A stretch of DNA of 63,696 nucleotides, the filler included, from Phoronis australis (Eukaryota > Animalia > Phoronida): the NCBI GenBank assembly GCA_002633005.1. It is 11 parts of 11 records of this genome, joined end to end, with 100 filler letters (N's around TTAATTAATTAA, not from the genome) between each part and the next. Parts side by side here need not be neighbours in the genome. Positions count along the whole stretch, not along the records: positions 20,386 to 28,352 come from NMRA01001956.1; positions 28,453 to 36,393 come from NMRA01000706.1; positions 36,494 to 46,960 come from NMRA01001752.1; 8 more parts are not named here. The stretch is one strand, 5' to 3'. Within the stretch, counting starts at the first letter, position 1; each line of letters starts with the position of its first letter. Both the position numbers and the translations under genes were made by a program. The notes under the pieces are model-generated. The model was not told the origin of the DNA, searched no databases, and saw only the letters and a list, made by a program, of their open reading frames with translations. Shown here piece after piece: positions 23,460-36,769 of this stretch.

Positions 23460-26308
23460 GGGTCATTCTCAGCTATTCAGCAATTATTGTGGGACAGGGC
23501 ATGAAAAATTAAATTTCATAATTATTACCATTTTTATTCTTTATGACTAAGTCTGGTGCCTACTCTTCACAACTTTGAACTTGAGAAGATAATTTGGTTT
23601 TTAATTTACATATAATTTTGGCATTATCTTTCTATAATAAAAAGTTGCGGACGTTACTTTTTAATGGTTGACATCAATTTTCATACGATAGTTTTGTCAA
23701 ATAATCTTAATAACATATGTTTTCCATTGCAAATGTTCCCATCTAACAAGTATATATATATAATAATTGAATTCCTCCAATAAAAAATATCTCAATTACT
23801 TATGTCGCGTTGTGGACGTTACTCATATTTTGACATGTTATAGTTTTGGCATGGTATTATAACTTTATTAGCAACTAAAAAGTCATGATTAGGTTTTGTA
23901 TTAGTCCTAGGCCAATACTTACCAGTAGAGCTTGTGCAGAGAATTGCTGACCTTTTTGTTTTATACTATGTTGACGTTTGGACGTTACATGTTGACAGTT
24001 GACAAATGTTGACATAGTAACGTCCACAACTCACATCCAAGTTTGAAAATTTGAAATATTTTCATGTTCAAAAGCATAACAACTCATCATTTCATTAGAA
24101 ATAATGGCATTCATTTATTTTATTTACTTTTTCATAACTTTAGATGTTGCTTTGACTGTTTTCTTTACAATTTCCTTTTCAATTGCCAAATGACTTTGGG
24201 CATTTGAAAAAGGATGTAACCCTACCTATCATTTTCTAAGCTCTTTTACACTTTCTGCCTATCTCCTGCTTTTCATTGATTCTGAGATATTTTTGGAGTC
24301 AAAACCATGTATGCTAGAACATGATAGAAAGTCCCAAGTCTTTGCAAAAGGGGAGGGCATCCATTCACTAGCCAGAATCTCTCACAATTATGTAACAAAA
24401 ACAAAACACATAGTAACATGTTACTATCTATTTATTAACACTAATTTAGCTACAGTAACATAACAAACATGGACTTCTTAGATACAATAAAATAGCAAGA
24501 ACTAAACTATTATAAAATATGAAGCAATATAGCATATTATCATAATTCTTTCTCCTTTTGGGAATGGCCTGGTACAAGAACAAGCTTTCATCCACTTTTT
24601 TAGAACAACGAATCCTCATTGTGTACTTCGATTTCTAAAAAGAATAATTACAATGAAATAATTTTTCTTAGGTCATAGCACAAAAAAACAAGACACAAGC
24701 CTGCATGAACAAGAGTTTTGATTGGTGTTGAAGAATTTCAAAAAATGTTAGATTTTTATTGTCATCATTTATTATTAAATATCTACACTAGTCAGTTGTA
24801 TCCATAAAGTCACAATTTCCCAAGTCGCTATCAGGATTATGCACACAATGCTGCAAACAATTGGGGGCATATGCCCCCCCCCCCTACCTACACGTCTAAA
24901 ATATTTCATTGAATACTTACTATATCCAATGGAAAGAATGTCAAAAGTAACGTCCAAAGCATCGAGGATTATCACCATGATACAATTTGTAGTTGGCAAG
25001 GGTACTGTGCAGTGGTTTAGTTGCATGGACTAATTAAGGCATTAAATCAGTACTGCAGCTCAGCGTACAGTAATTTTCAAAGCAACTTAACCAGATCGGG
25101 TTGGACGTTATGAAACTCCAAGTTGACAGTGTCAAACAGTAACGGCCACAACGTGATTTTGCAAGAAAAGCATATCTACGGATTCGTTTTTCTCATAATA
25201 TCCGTGTTTTGTGAGGACAAAAAGCCTAGGCTAATTTGGAAGAAAATTTTAAATCAATCACAGTGCACTATTACTATAACAATACATTAATGTTCGACCG
25301 TGACTCAACACCGTGTTGACCATGTCAACGGATAACGTCCGAACACAGCGGCAAATCCCGGCGATGTCAATAACTAACGTCCGACTGAACGTTACAGCCG
25401 AGTCGCACAGTGCAGCAGCATGCAAAGGCATTTTTAATGAAAAATCCTCCATGGCAACTAAATACGTTGAATGCAGTGAAAGAAGGCACGATTCTTAGCA
25501 ATTTTTGTTCAAATCTTCGCCAATTTACGCTGTGTGGTGGACGTTATTTTGTCAACTTGACTTGACCGACAGCACTCACCTCCATGCTTCTTCGTTCCAC
25601 GGCGACTATTTACACAAAGAGTGATGACGTTTTTCACAAGTGAGGTCACTTGTCTCGTGTTATGGCAGAGGCTTTCAACTTGTTCGAAATCGTGAGTTTT
25701 TGGACTCGAGTTGCGCCCGTTATTGTTTGACCGACATTTGCATTAAAAATTTCTTTTATTGATTATAGAAATACGTGATCACAATGAGACGTGGAATTAT
25801 GACTGTTTTAAAAACATCTTTAGAAGCAATTATTTCGTTCTTAATCCAGTCTGACCTACTGTTCTCTTAACCGAGAAAAATAAACACGATGTGAGCGATT
25901 TTTTTGACCGACACCGTTACGGGCGAATGCTCGTTTTGAAGTTTATTCTTTTTATTTGGAACATGTTTATTTTTCACCTGTGCAGAATGTACCACAAATT
26001 TGATGTCTACTCTTTTGTTCAGTGTACTTTAATGTGAGAAAAAACTACCTGAATTCGTAAAAACATAATGAAACAAATACTCTGTCAACATGTCACAAAA
26101 TGGCCGCCCCAAAAATCGCTCATTGTAATTAAAACGCAACTTATATTCATGCAATTTTTTATCGAATGTGCACAAACTATTTATTTTGTCTCTTTAGCAT
26201 GTTATCAATAAAATAAAACAACACCAAACCAATTTCAATTTTTTTATTTCATAAAAATACAATTTAAAAAAGTCAGGACCAAAGTTGCTGAATAGCTGAG
26301 AATGACCC
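23460..26308. mobile_element. Non-autonomous DNA transposon with 24-bp TIR and 4-bp TSD (Sola-like, probably Sola2)
   Basis: TIR GGGTCATTCTCAGCTATTCAGCAA (23460) / TTGCTGAATAGCTGAGAATGACCC (ends 26308), with AAAC directly on both flanks. G-R-G termini with a 4-bp TSD fit Sola2. No intact transposase. Confidence 0.8.
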
Positions 26309-26362
26309 AAACACAAGAAAGTAAAACAATCCTGTTGGGGCAATTTTTGACCCACGAGCTGT

Positions 26363-26626
26363 TAGGGCATTTTGAGTGGTGCAACTGAGTTGGCTTGCAG
26401 GAATTGGAATACTCAGGTGGGACTGGTGTGATAGGGCATTTTGAGTGGTGCAACTGAGTTGGCTTGCAGGAATTGGAATACCCAGGTCGGACTGGTGTGA
26501 TAGGGCATTTTGAGTGGTGCAACTGAGTTGGCTTGCAGGAATTGGAATACCCAGGTCGGACTGGTGTGATAGGGCATTTTGAGTGGTGCAACTGAGTTGG
26601 CTTGCAGGAATTGGAATACCCAGGTT
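26363..26626. repeat. 69-bp minisatellite, about 3.8 near-identical copies
   Basis: TAGGGCATTTTGAGTGGTGCAACTGAG starts at 26363, 26432, 26501 and 26570. Confidence 0.92.
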
Positions 26627-26839
26627 GATGTGATTAATGTGAGATGGTCAAGATCTCAGTTTGCATCTTGAAATTTCAACTCTTAAATAATATGTGGAGC
26701 ACTGATAAAAGGCTACATGTGAGTGATTTTAATGAATGAAAAGTAAGTTCTTGACTAATGGCAGCTTGGTTCATAGCACTTTCATAGTGCATTTGTGGTT
26801 CGAAATTGTTATGCAGTCTTCTACAACTTGTTTCTTTAG

Positions 26840-28352
26840 ACTCGGATGATCAAGAGTGAAGAGTTAGGTGAAGAAGTCACTAGTGGGCGTGGTCTTGCCA
26901 ACTACAAAGGTAATTATCTGCAAACTTTTGTCATATGGTGTGTCAACATAATGTCTAACAAATGATAAAACAGAATAGGTATTTACCTAGTTGACAATTT
27001 ATCAGACTTAAAGCTACATAAATGTACATATCAAGCAAAGTTGAAGTTTTCGAATGCCATGGCTTGCCAATGTGGAACCTAAAATACAGTTGGCTTGAAA
27101 AGCTTGAATGCTACTGGTGAATCTTGAATAACATAACTTACACAATAAGGCTTATTTAAGCTTGATAACAAAGTGTTATACTTGTCTGTATTAATGCTCA
27201 TGCTCAGTGAAGCTACACTTTAAAGTTATGCGAGCTGAACTTCCTTGAAAGTGTCCGTGTCGTAGTGAATGCTGTTCTTACACCAATTTTTGGTCCCAAA
27301 ACATATGGAACTTGGCAAGTATCCAATAATCAGAGCTTCAGCATTCAGCTGCACCTTGGCTTGGGCAGGAAATACCACGCTGTACTCTCCTACTATGTTT
27401 TATTTGACTTTTGCACCCGAATCCAATGTGTTTATCCAAATCGACGGTTTTGGTAAATATGCCCACCCCCAACTTTTCCAAAAATCATTTTTAAATGCCA
27501 TTTGAAGGTAAATACTTGATGCCTTTGAGTTTTTTGTATGCTGTGGGTGTTATTCCACATGAGTGTAAAACATTTTTCAATGTTTGAGTGTTCTTATGTG
27601 TCCAATACACTTGCAAAACTGCAACTTACTATGAAATATTGTTATTTCAGTTGTGCCAACAACACAAGAACAACGCAATGACATTTGTGAAACACCTGTA
27701 AGTGCTACTGGTGAAACCAGGGCATCCCCTGGTGGACAACATTTCACCACTGCAACTAGCAACTCTGTTATTCTTAAGTCCACATTGCCTCAGAGTCCAA
27801 GTTCTATTTCCCAGATGAACAGACAGACTGCCTCATCTTTTCCCACCAACGGTAACAGCCCTGACTGTTCACTGCACAAAATTGGGCTAGTTCCTGTCAC
27901 CTGCACTTGCGGTGTCCGACCAGCATGCACTACTGTTACCAGCTCTAGTACCACTGTAAGTGATGCTGCGCCAAAAAGACCTCATCAAACTTGTGATTCC
28001 ACTGACAGTTTCCCCAAAAGCACGCCTACTGCGGCCACAACCCCAGGAACCAGCGTTGGTATCCCTGAAAATCCTTCATCATCTTGTGCAGGTGCCTTAT
28101 CTTACCTTTCTCAGGGTCCACTCAACTCCAATGCTTTCAATACCAAGTTATCTCACCCTGTCTTCCCTATGACTGCAGTTGAATCTAACATCAGCAACAC
28201 AATACCCCAGTGGATGTTTCGTGACCCCCTTTTCTTTGCCAGTGGTTTAGCTTCTCTCTGGACATTAGCTGCTCAAAGTATCTGCCCAGTCCCTACACCT
28301 GTCGATGCCAATAGGCAGGGACCTTCTCCCTCTGGTGGCCTTTCTTTCCAAG
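26840..28352 (+). CDS. Two exons (26840-26909; 27651 to at least 28352) of an unidentified Ser/Thr/Pro-rich, probably disordered protein
   Basis: TTTCTTTAG|ACTCGG..AAAG|GTAATT (TRMIKSEELGEEVTSGRGLANYK, phase 1) joins in frame to TTATTTCAG|TTGTGCCA, a stop-free exon of about 700 bp (VVPTTQEQ...IPQWMFRDPLFFASGLASLWTLAAQS...) that runs into the linker. Confidence 0.65.
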
Positions 28353-30278
28353 NNNNNNNNNNNNNNNNNNNNNNNNNNNNNNNNNNNNNNNNNNNNTTAA
28401 TTAATTAANNNNNNNNNNNNNNNNNNNNNNNNNNNNNNNNNNNNNNNNNNNNACAAGTTCGTTGGTAGCTGGCACTGTTCTGGTGTTGTCCGTAGTCATA
28501 GGTAAGTTGTCGCAACTGAACAATTTTTGGGATAAAAATATTTTGACTATCGCTACCACCCATTACGATCTTGGCTATAAATAATACAATTATTCTCAAT
28601 AAATTGAGTTAAAACTACTACAGTATAAACCAGATTCTGGTTTCACAAGTTTCTTCACAACCGTGTTCTACCTTCCATTCAACTTCGTTGCATCCTCTGA
28701 TTGAGCTATGCTGGCATAGCTCATTGTTGAAATGAAACTGTACACAAAATGACGTCCGGAATTCCATTGAAAATCACAGCTTCAGCAGCTGAAACTCCCT
28801 TTAAGAAGTAATTTTAAACGTCTGGTCTGACGTGATAACGAACCTTGGAATTGGCTCTAAGCCTCTGGACTAGGAACAAAGTCCAACCATGGGTAAATGT
28901 CTTCAATTAGAGCCTTTTTACAGAATAATTGATAAAGTATAACTCGCTGTATATGTATAGAATAGACACTTTATAGTCACGTGTGATCACGTGACCCAGT
29001 AATTACACGAACCAATGGGCTTCTTCAATCCATGTAGACAGTCAAGTCTACTTCGGGACCATTGGTTAAGCACAGAAATGCAATATTTTCTCTACAGTTC
29101 ATTCGTGATTAGGTCAGCCTCTATTCTATATAAAATCCAATACAGGGTGGTACAGAAGATGGCACATCCGCTACATCATCTACAAGTTATTTCGACAACC
29201 TCCTGAACCCAACGACGGTCACAGATACGATGCCTATCTAGCTTACGAAAGCAGAGACCATGACAAGGCTTTGGAAATGACAGCGGTTCTTGAGCGAGAT
29301 CATGGCCTTAAGATCTACATACACGACAGAAATGCACCGTTGCCTGGCGATCACCACGACAGCATTTTTGACGGTGAGTTCAAACGGATGTTTGTGCATA
29401 CGTATTGCGCCACGCTCTTTCACACATAAATTCAAGCGTGTTGCGTTAAATTTGCAGAGTTTTTTTCGTTCGAGGCCCCCCCGCCCCTGGGTGCGCCCAT
29501 GAATAGCCTTTTCTTGGGGCACCGGTTAATTTTTCCGCGATTATTGTTACAGGATACAAGGACACGTGACTTTCGGAATTTCTGTTGCCTTGGTCGAATA
29601 TCATGGTTCACTCCGTTGTATAACATATAAAATAATCTGTTACGTCTAAATGTTAACCATCTTAGTCGTCAAACTCGGGATGGCTGATTTTTGCACTTAT
29701 AAGTTGTTAGATGCGGTGTCTGCATATTACGCATCAGAATATTCGCTTTCGGGCGTTTCGGTGCTATTGTTGAACTGCGTGGAAGGTTTTGTTCATTGAA
29801 CTGCCATACTGTTCGTTTGCTCCTCCTAAAGTGTTTTTCACAAACACGTTTCCTCCATGCCAACTGTGCCATAAGGGAATTGAGGGGGGCAGGGGCCCNT
29901 CTTAGCGATCCGTCTGTTTTTGTCTTTTTTTAGTCCACTGGTAGATTTCCCGGACAGAAGGTTCACGTGCCCGACCCGGCATCTTTCGGGCCTGCGCTCT
30001 AGTAACATACATGTACCATCGCGCTTTGCCCACTTCCCTGAGACAACATGTTTCCCCCCTTATGGTATCCTAGATCTGCCACTATGTGCTCATTTGCACT
30101 GGATGCAAGCCGAAAATGTGTAACTCGTATATAGAATCCTAAACGAGTCTCAGGTTTATGACATGGGCAAAACCTCTTGGAAATTTCGTCAAAATCCCGA
30201 GGCTTTCACATGAACCGTAAAAACTATCTTGTTTGCGGAGAAACTAGACGTGTCTAAAACTTTCAACCACATGACGCA

Positions 30279-31627
30279 TTTTTATGCGCCCACATATTTA
30301 TATGTGGACGCTTTATGCCGCCATCTCCGTCCGTCCGTCCGTTCGTCCGTCCGTTCGTCCGTTCACCCGTCCGTCCGTCCGTCCGTCCGGCGTCCGGCGT
30401 CCGGCGTCCGCTGGTCTATCTCCAAAATGCCTTGACGTATGTTCATGAAATTTTGCACATTCTTTCCTTCCGTGGATGGGACGGCATGAGTGAAATTTTG
30501 GACGGATCCGACTAGCGGTGTGCCCCCTAGTGGCAATTTTAGTTTGTTACGTTTATCTCTGTTTCTTCTCCGTTCTCAACGGATTTTCATCATCGATAAA
30601 ATTTGGTTCATAGGCACCTATTAGTGAGATGATGCGATCCTCTTGTTTTCGAAAGAATTCGACGTAGTTTGCGTCACCTAGTGACCTTTTTACTTTTTCC
30701 GAGTCTGTTTTTTGCATGCACTCCTCCATCAACCAAATCGCTCAAAGGATGATTGCGAAAATTGGCATGCATGTTCCTACTATGAATTGGACGGCTGACA
30801 ATGATTTTACGACTTCTACTACTGTGGCGCCTCCTAGTGGCAGTTTTGTTTATTTTTTGCGCCAATGGCTGTATTTCCTAAACCGTTTGCAGGATCTGTA
30901 CTTAATTTAGCGAGTGTATTTATATGATGTTGACGACCTACGACGACGACTTTCTGATGGATCCTGACTGCTGATGTGCCACCTAGCGGCAGTTTTAGTT
31001 TTTTTTACGTTTACCTGTGTATCCTTAATGGTCCTCAACAGATTTTCATAAAACTTTGAATATAGGTATCTATTGGCAAGGTAACGCTATCCTCCTGTTT
31101 TTGGATGGAATCGAGGTATTTCGAGACGCCTAGTGGCCATTTTTGCTGTTTTCAAGCCCTTTTTGGCACACACGCTTCTATCAACCAAAGCATTCTAGGA
31201 ATGGTTATGAAAATTGGCATATATGTTCTTATCGTGAAGAGGACATTTGATGATGGCGACTGACAACTGTGGCGCTTCCTAGTGGTATTTTTTGTTTTGC
31301 ACCCATAGCTCTATCTCTTAAACCCACTGCACGATCTTTATTAAATTTAGTAAGAAAGTGTATTAATATATGAAGATTACAACAGACGACGATCATAACT
31401 GTCAAGCGGATCCAACGGACGCTGTGGCCACGGGTGGCAGTTTCATTTTATTCTGTTTCCCATTGTTTCTCTGAAGTTCCTTGACAGAATTTTATTAAGA
31501 ATGACATGTTCCCGTTTTTGGATAGATTGTACCGTTTTGCGCTATCTAGTGGCCATTTTTATGATACAAATAAATAACCCTAAAAGCACACCATGTGCGA
31601 TGCATTCGTGGGCGCGTTTCTCTTGTT
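30279..31627 (+). mobile_element. DINE-1/Helentron-associated (HINE) element, copy 2
   Basis: 5' T-run, subterminal IR ATGCGCCCAC (30284) with a local palindrome, (GTCC)n microsatellite at about 30327-30410, internal repeats of about 150 bp, 3' IR GTGGGCGCGT (31608) and terminal TCTTGTT. Confidence 0.85.
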
Positions 31628-32749
31628 GTGAAAACGGTTGCGCAATGTGAAGTAATGCAGTTACTTTTTGTAAATAGTTTTAATTTAAGCTTAACAATTG
31701 TAACTTGCATTACGCTTTCGTAGCAAATAGATAGGTTGGAATGTAATGAATATTCTATGAAGTTATAATATTAACACTTAATAAGCCAGCAAGGCTTCCC
31801 CGCGTGTGAGCACTGAATTCACCTTGAGACAGCACTGCTAGACTGGCTCGTCGTGTTTCTTGAGTTAGGGTTGGTCTCTGTTTGCATGAAATTGGATATG
31901 TAATTCGCCGCCGAGGATGGGTCCGTCTAAGAAGTTGTTCGCGTGTCCTTCCGACTAGGAGTACGTACGGTTGCGTTCCAACACCCGATTTGTCAATCTT
32001 AACCTTGTCACCTTCTCGGAATTCCGGTATTGTTTGGTTGACGCGCGTTTGGTGGTTTGCAGACGATAAAATGTTACGCGCAAGGATTGTTACTTTGCAC
32101 TACTTTGTGATTTGCCCATGTCTAATAAAAAATACGTACTCTGTGATAGTCGTGTAGTAACACATAACAGGTCATGTGAGAAATAAAATCTAGGTTCTTG
32201 AGATCATTGGTCCATTGCGTTATTTTCACTTAAATCCACGTATTACACGTACTTAAATATTGATGTCTAGTCCGAAGTTCCACTACTTCTAGAGTTCAAT
32301 ACTCCGAGGATTCACTGCTCCTGAAATTTAGCATGTCTCTTTATGAGGGTGAATTGACGTAAAACTGTATTTGTATCAATTTAACGAAACTGGCAGAGGC
32401 TGGGTAACCCCTTTCACTATCGATCCGGTCGTGTGCGTGGTTACCGGGTATGGTGGGTCAGGTTGGATGAGCAGCGGATAAACATTTCTTTCTCTCTGTG
32501 AAATGGTATGATCAGATTATGAATTTGGTGAATGTATGGTGGTTGATAATTCATTCATAGTCCTACTTTATATTCCTTTGAAAGGCAAACCGAAGTACAT
32601 ACTCATTTTTCGTATCCATAAGAAATATATTCAAACCCAGTTTCGCATGCGCATGCCAAAACGCTCGCAAACTGTTGTTTTAGTTGATACATCATGTCGT
32701 TTATTTTTGCATTATTAAAGAAATATGTAAATTACACCGGAGTCTGCAA

Positions 32750-35340
32750 GTTGATTCATATCCATAGGAGTAAACCTTCGGTGTAGGCAACCTTCAGAAT
32801 AGTGATAATCTCTCAGAGCTCTGAAACTTTGGAGTTAGTGGGATGATCTCCTTTAATATCACTAACCATATGGTGTTCTTCACTTTATTTGCCAGTTTTC
32901 TTTTCTTTCCTTTGTAGGGAGGCATCTTTCTCTGTCTTGTAAATGAGTTCATAAGAAACGTTGTTGACAATTTATTAAATAACTTTTTCATAATCTTTAC
33001 GACCATTTCATTTAGATCTATATAACATGTTAGACTCAGTCGCTTTTGGCATATTCACAAAGATGATCACCTTAAGAAAATTGTCCAGTAACTTTAACAC
33101 GTATTTCAGGAGTTGGCCGTAGCAAGAAAGTAATACTGCTGATCACCGACCATGCTTTGAGAAGTCAAGAGTCATGGTGGAGCTTTGAAACTGACCTGTC
33201 TCTGTCCATTAAGGGGAAGGGCAAGATTCTCTGTGTGGTGAAAGGACATCTGTCCATCGGCAGGTAATTAACAAAACAGCAAATGGTAAGTAAGAGATTA
33301 TACAGGCAATGGCAAAATGGCAATACCATAATTTCTATAATGAGGTGGTCTTGACTTGTGTAGCAGGAGTGAGTCCACTAAGGTCAGTGTCCTACCTGTA
33401 GGTATTCGAATGCCAACATAAAGGCCCGATATTCAGTGAATTGCCCGTAGGAGCACTGAATCCTTTTTACAAAGGATAGCCATTGAACAGGGATACTTCA
33501 AATTCTTGTTGCACTGTTTTTATGATTTTTTTTGTTAACAAGGGTCCTCAGTCTGCATCCAACCTTAACTCACAAGGAAAGATTCCTTTTAAAAATTATT
33601 CAAGAAAACAGCTAAGGTGCTGAAATTTGAACTTACAACTGAACACCAAGTATTAAATCCCCTGATCTTTTACACCAAATACTAGTTCGGGAATTGGGGT
33701 AATATCTAGCGCGTTGTTCAAATCTTGTGCGAAACTATTTGCAGAACTTCTTACACATACTCCCTGTTTTTAAAGGTTTTTAACAAAGTTGTCTACTCAC
33801 AGTTTTACGTTTATTTCATCGGGAAAAATCAATCAATATGCAAACATCAATATGAATTCCGACCACTCTACTCCCAACTACTCCTCGAAAACAGCCGCTT
33901 TGGAATTAATCGATAGATTTCACACAGATCTCGAGAAAAGTAAAGCAAAGCTTTTGACACCATAAACATGTCGCGTTCCAAATTGAAAGTATGGAGTACA
34001 TACTGGCATAGGGTAGGCATGGCTTCAAAGTTATCTAACTTCCAGAAACCAGTATGCATCGTTTTAGTAATTCTGCCTCTACTAAAAATGCATACCGGGT
34101 AACCATTGGAGTACCACTACGTTTTTTTCAGGTTCTCTCTTTTTCATGATAATCAGTGACTTTTGTTAATGAAGAAACTCTGACTTATTGATGTGTGACC
34201 ACGACACCTGCTTGATTTTACTATTTTCAAAGCATATAAGGACGCGAAATAGCTTTACTTTTTAACGAATAAATAGCAAAATTTTACAAACATAATGAAT
34301 GGCTGGTATTCAACAAATTGTAGTAAAAAGAAAATTTGTGCTGTCATCAATAAAATATACACGTAAAACATATTCCACGACTAAAGGTAAAAAACACACT
34401 GATTCTAAAAAAATTAAATGTATTGATCTAAAAGTCTTTTACCTGGAACAAACAATTGAAATATTATTTAACAAGATACGTGGACTGACAGATTCCAATC
34501 ACATATATAGTACATACCAATAGTATTCAGATAAAATGACACTATAATAGTCATAACCTGTCATTTTTGCTGTAAAGATAATTAGACGTAATGGTAAGGA
34601 AACAGTCACGGTCAACCCATTTGTAAAGAAAGATAAAACTTGACATGACAATGAACATACATTGTTTGCACAAAATTCACAATTGCGCTGAAAACTTAAA
34701 AAACATAGTTGAGTTCCTGTTGACACTCTTTCGTCAGTGCAACTGGCCTCTTATCCCAAAGATGCTCAATCGTCAAACTTTTCCGAACGTATAGTAACTG
34801 AGTAGTTTTTTCACATTCCTATCTTTATAGTTTTTGTAAAGAGTACTTATTGAATAAGCACCCGTTAATATGTAATTTTAAGAACAGCTTGGTGTCTTGC
34901 CAGTTGTAAAATCTCAGTGGAGCTGTTATGTACTGGTGTTATCAAACGCTGCCCCAGCTTTTTACGAATGCGGATGTCCACCGATATCTTTCTGAGAAAG
35001 TTCTATATCACAAACAATGAATAGACAGTCGGTATTGAATGTGTCATGATCTCTGTGTCCAGTGGTCTATAGAAATGAAAAAATATAAATTATCTATTTC
35101 CCTATTTTTTACCATTGATGTTGAAAGCTATCATTACATTCTCCTACTTCGATATTCTCTAATTTGCCATTCTCACTGCAGTTGTGAATAGCTACTGGGA
35201 TGTTCTATACATAACTTTAGCTAGTACATAATCGTTGGATAATTGAAAAAATGATAGGTTATCTAAATGATTTTTTCGATAGTCTCTCATACAAAAGACC
35301 TTCAATCAACACGGATTGTAACTTGCTTTTGTTATTTTTA
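32750..35340 (+). mobile_element. Heavily decayed CR1/L2-group LINE (reverse-transcriptase remnant)
   Basis: About 33750-34120 translates, with frameshifts, as LFLKVFNKVVYSQFYVYF...ICKHQYEFRP...SKAFDTIN..KL, matching the RT motifs SKVFEK/QYGFR/DLSKAFDTV. Boundaries approximate. Confidence 0.6.
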
Positions 35341-35674
35341 ATTACTATATAATTACTTGACGTTGGTGATTAAGTGGTATTTGTACCATTACTGTAACCA
35401 CTGCATCGACTATTTTCATTACTATCAGGTTGAACCGGAAACTGAGATACCTAATGGCAGACGACACATACCTGCTGTGGCCAGATAACGAAAATGCTGC
35501 GAACATGTTCACTTTCTGGAGAAATGTTGCCTTAGCAATCACCAGTAAAAATGGCATTCAGATTGACACAGGGGGTGAGTATTTGACGCAAACTTAGAAT
35601 TGAGCCTTGGCATAAAATCCCCAGAATATCAGGAGAGCAAGGGTAAACATTCAGGGCGTTATGTAATGGAAAAA

Positions 35675-36393
35675 AACAGGGCAGGTGGTCTGATGTCATT
35701 TGCGGTGCATCAGACGTGCGCAGGCCTCATGGTTGGGCCCATTGCACAAAACACCTGAGCAAAGGCACGAGACCCCAATTATGGCTCCTCGTGAAGAAAG
35801 TTTTCAAGTCTGCCAGTCTCCTTTAGGAAAACGGACAGCAGACGTTTCCATTTGTTGCCATGCACTATATGTTGTAGGCATGTAACAATGCCATCCAGTA
35901 GGTTGCTCCTTAGCCTATAAAAAGCTGGTCAAGACTCTACCAGGTGTTTAGGAGATTCTACGTCAGTACCACACTCGGGACACACAGGGCTCCCCATATG
36001 CCCAGTAATGTGTCTGTGTCGGGCTAGGTTGCAGTGGCCCGTCAAAATTTGAATGACGTGTCTTAAACCCAATCTATCTAGACTCAGAAGGCTTTTTGAA
36101 CCTTTTGGTTCGATCACGTTGGGAAAATCCTCCTTGGTTTCTCTGCAGGAGTTAAGTGATGCCCACTGGGCTGCTGACTGGGTATGTACCCAGTTGCGTA
36201 TACTCATCCTGCAACATCCGTAAGATACCGGGATAGCAGGTTCAGGCACAAAATGCAGAACGCTTGCTCCTATCTTTGCGAGTCTGTCTGCATTCTCATT
36301 GCCATCAATTCCCACATGGGCCCTGACCCAGCGTATATTGACGGTTCTTTCAATTGCAAGCTTGTTAAGCTCATTAATACAAGCATTAACACA
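35675..36393 (-). mobile_element. 3' end of an RNase H-containing non-LTR retrotransposon (I/LOA/R1 group)
   Basis: WVRAHVGIDGNENADRLAKIG (RNase H C-terminus), then LTGHCNLARH...CPECGTDVESPKHL (zinc knuckle) and a 3' UTR. Truncated by the linker at 36394. Confidence 0.85.
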
Positions 36394-36769
36394 NNNNNNN
36401 NNNNNNNNNNNNNNNNNNNNNNNNNNNNNNNNNNNNNTTAATTAATTAANNNNNNNNNNNNNNNNNNNNNNNNNNNNNNNNNNNNNNNNNNNNTCATCCC
36501 GTACTTTGTTCTGTGTATGAGCGCATTTTGGGCATTTGCCATGAAGTTGGAGACGTGAAATGGGAAAAAATCCATTGGCATTCACTAAAAGTGCCATTTC
36601 GGAAAGTCGAAATTATGTCTATAAACTCATTCCTGGAATAAGGGCCATTTACGAATTTCTTGTCATTACACAGAATTTCAAAACCTATCTAAAGTATCGC
36701 ATGGCCTTATTCTATAAAGGCAAGTAATCTCTTGATACAACCTTGCAGCTGCTTAATTTCTGTTTATAG

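Noticed and set aside
26244-26591. Repetitive 23-aa ORF / CRISPR-like appearance
   Set aside because: A 69-bp head-to-tail minisatellite with no unique spacers, no cas genes and a eukaryotic context.
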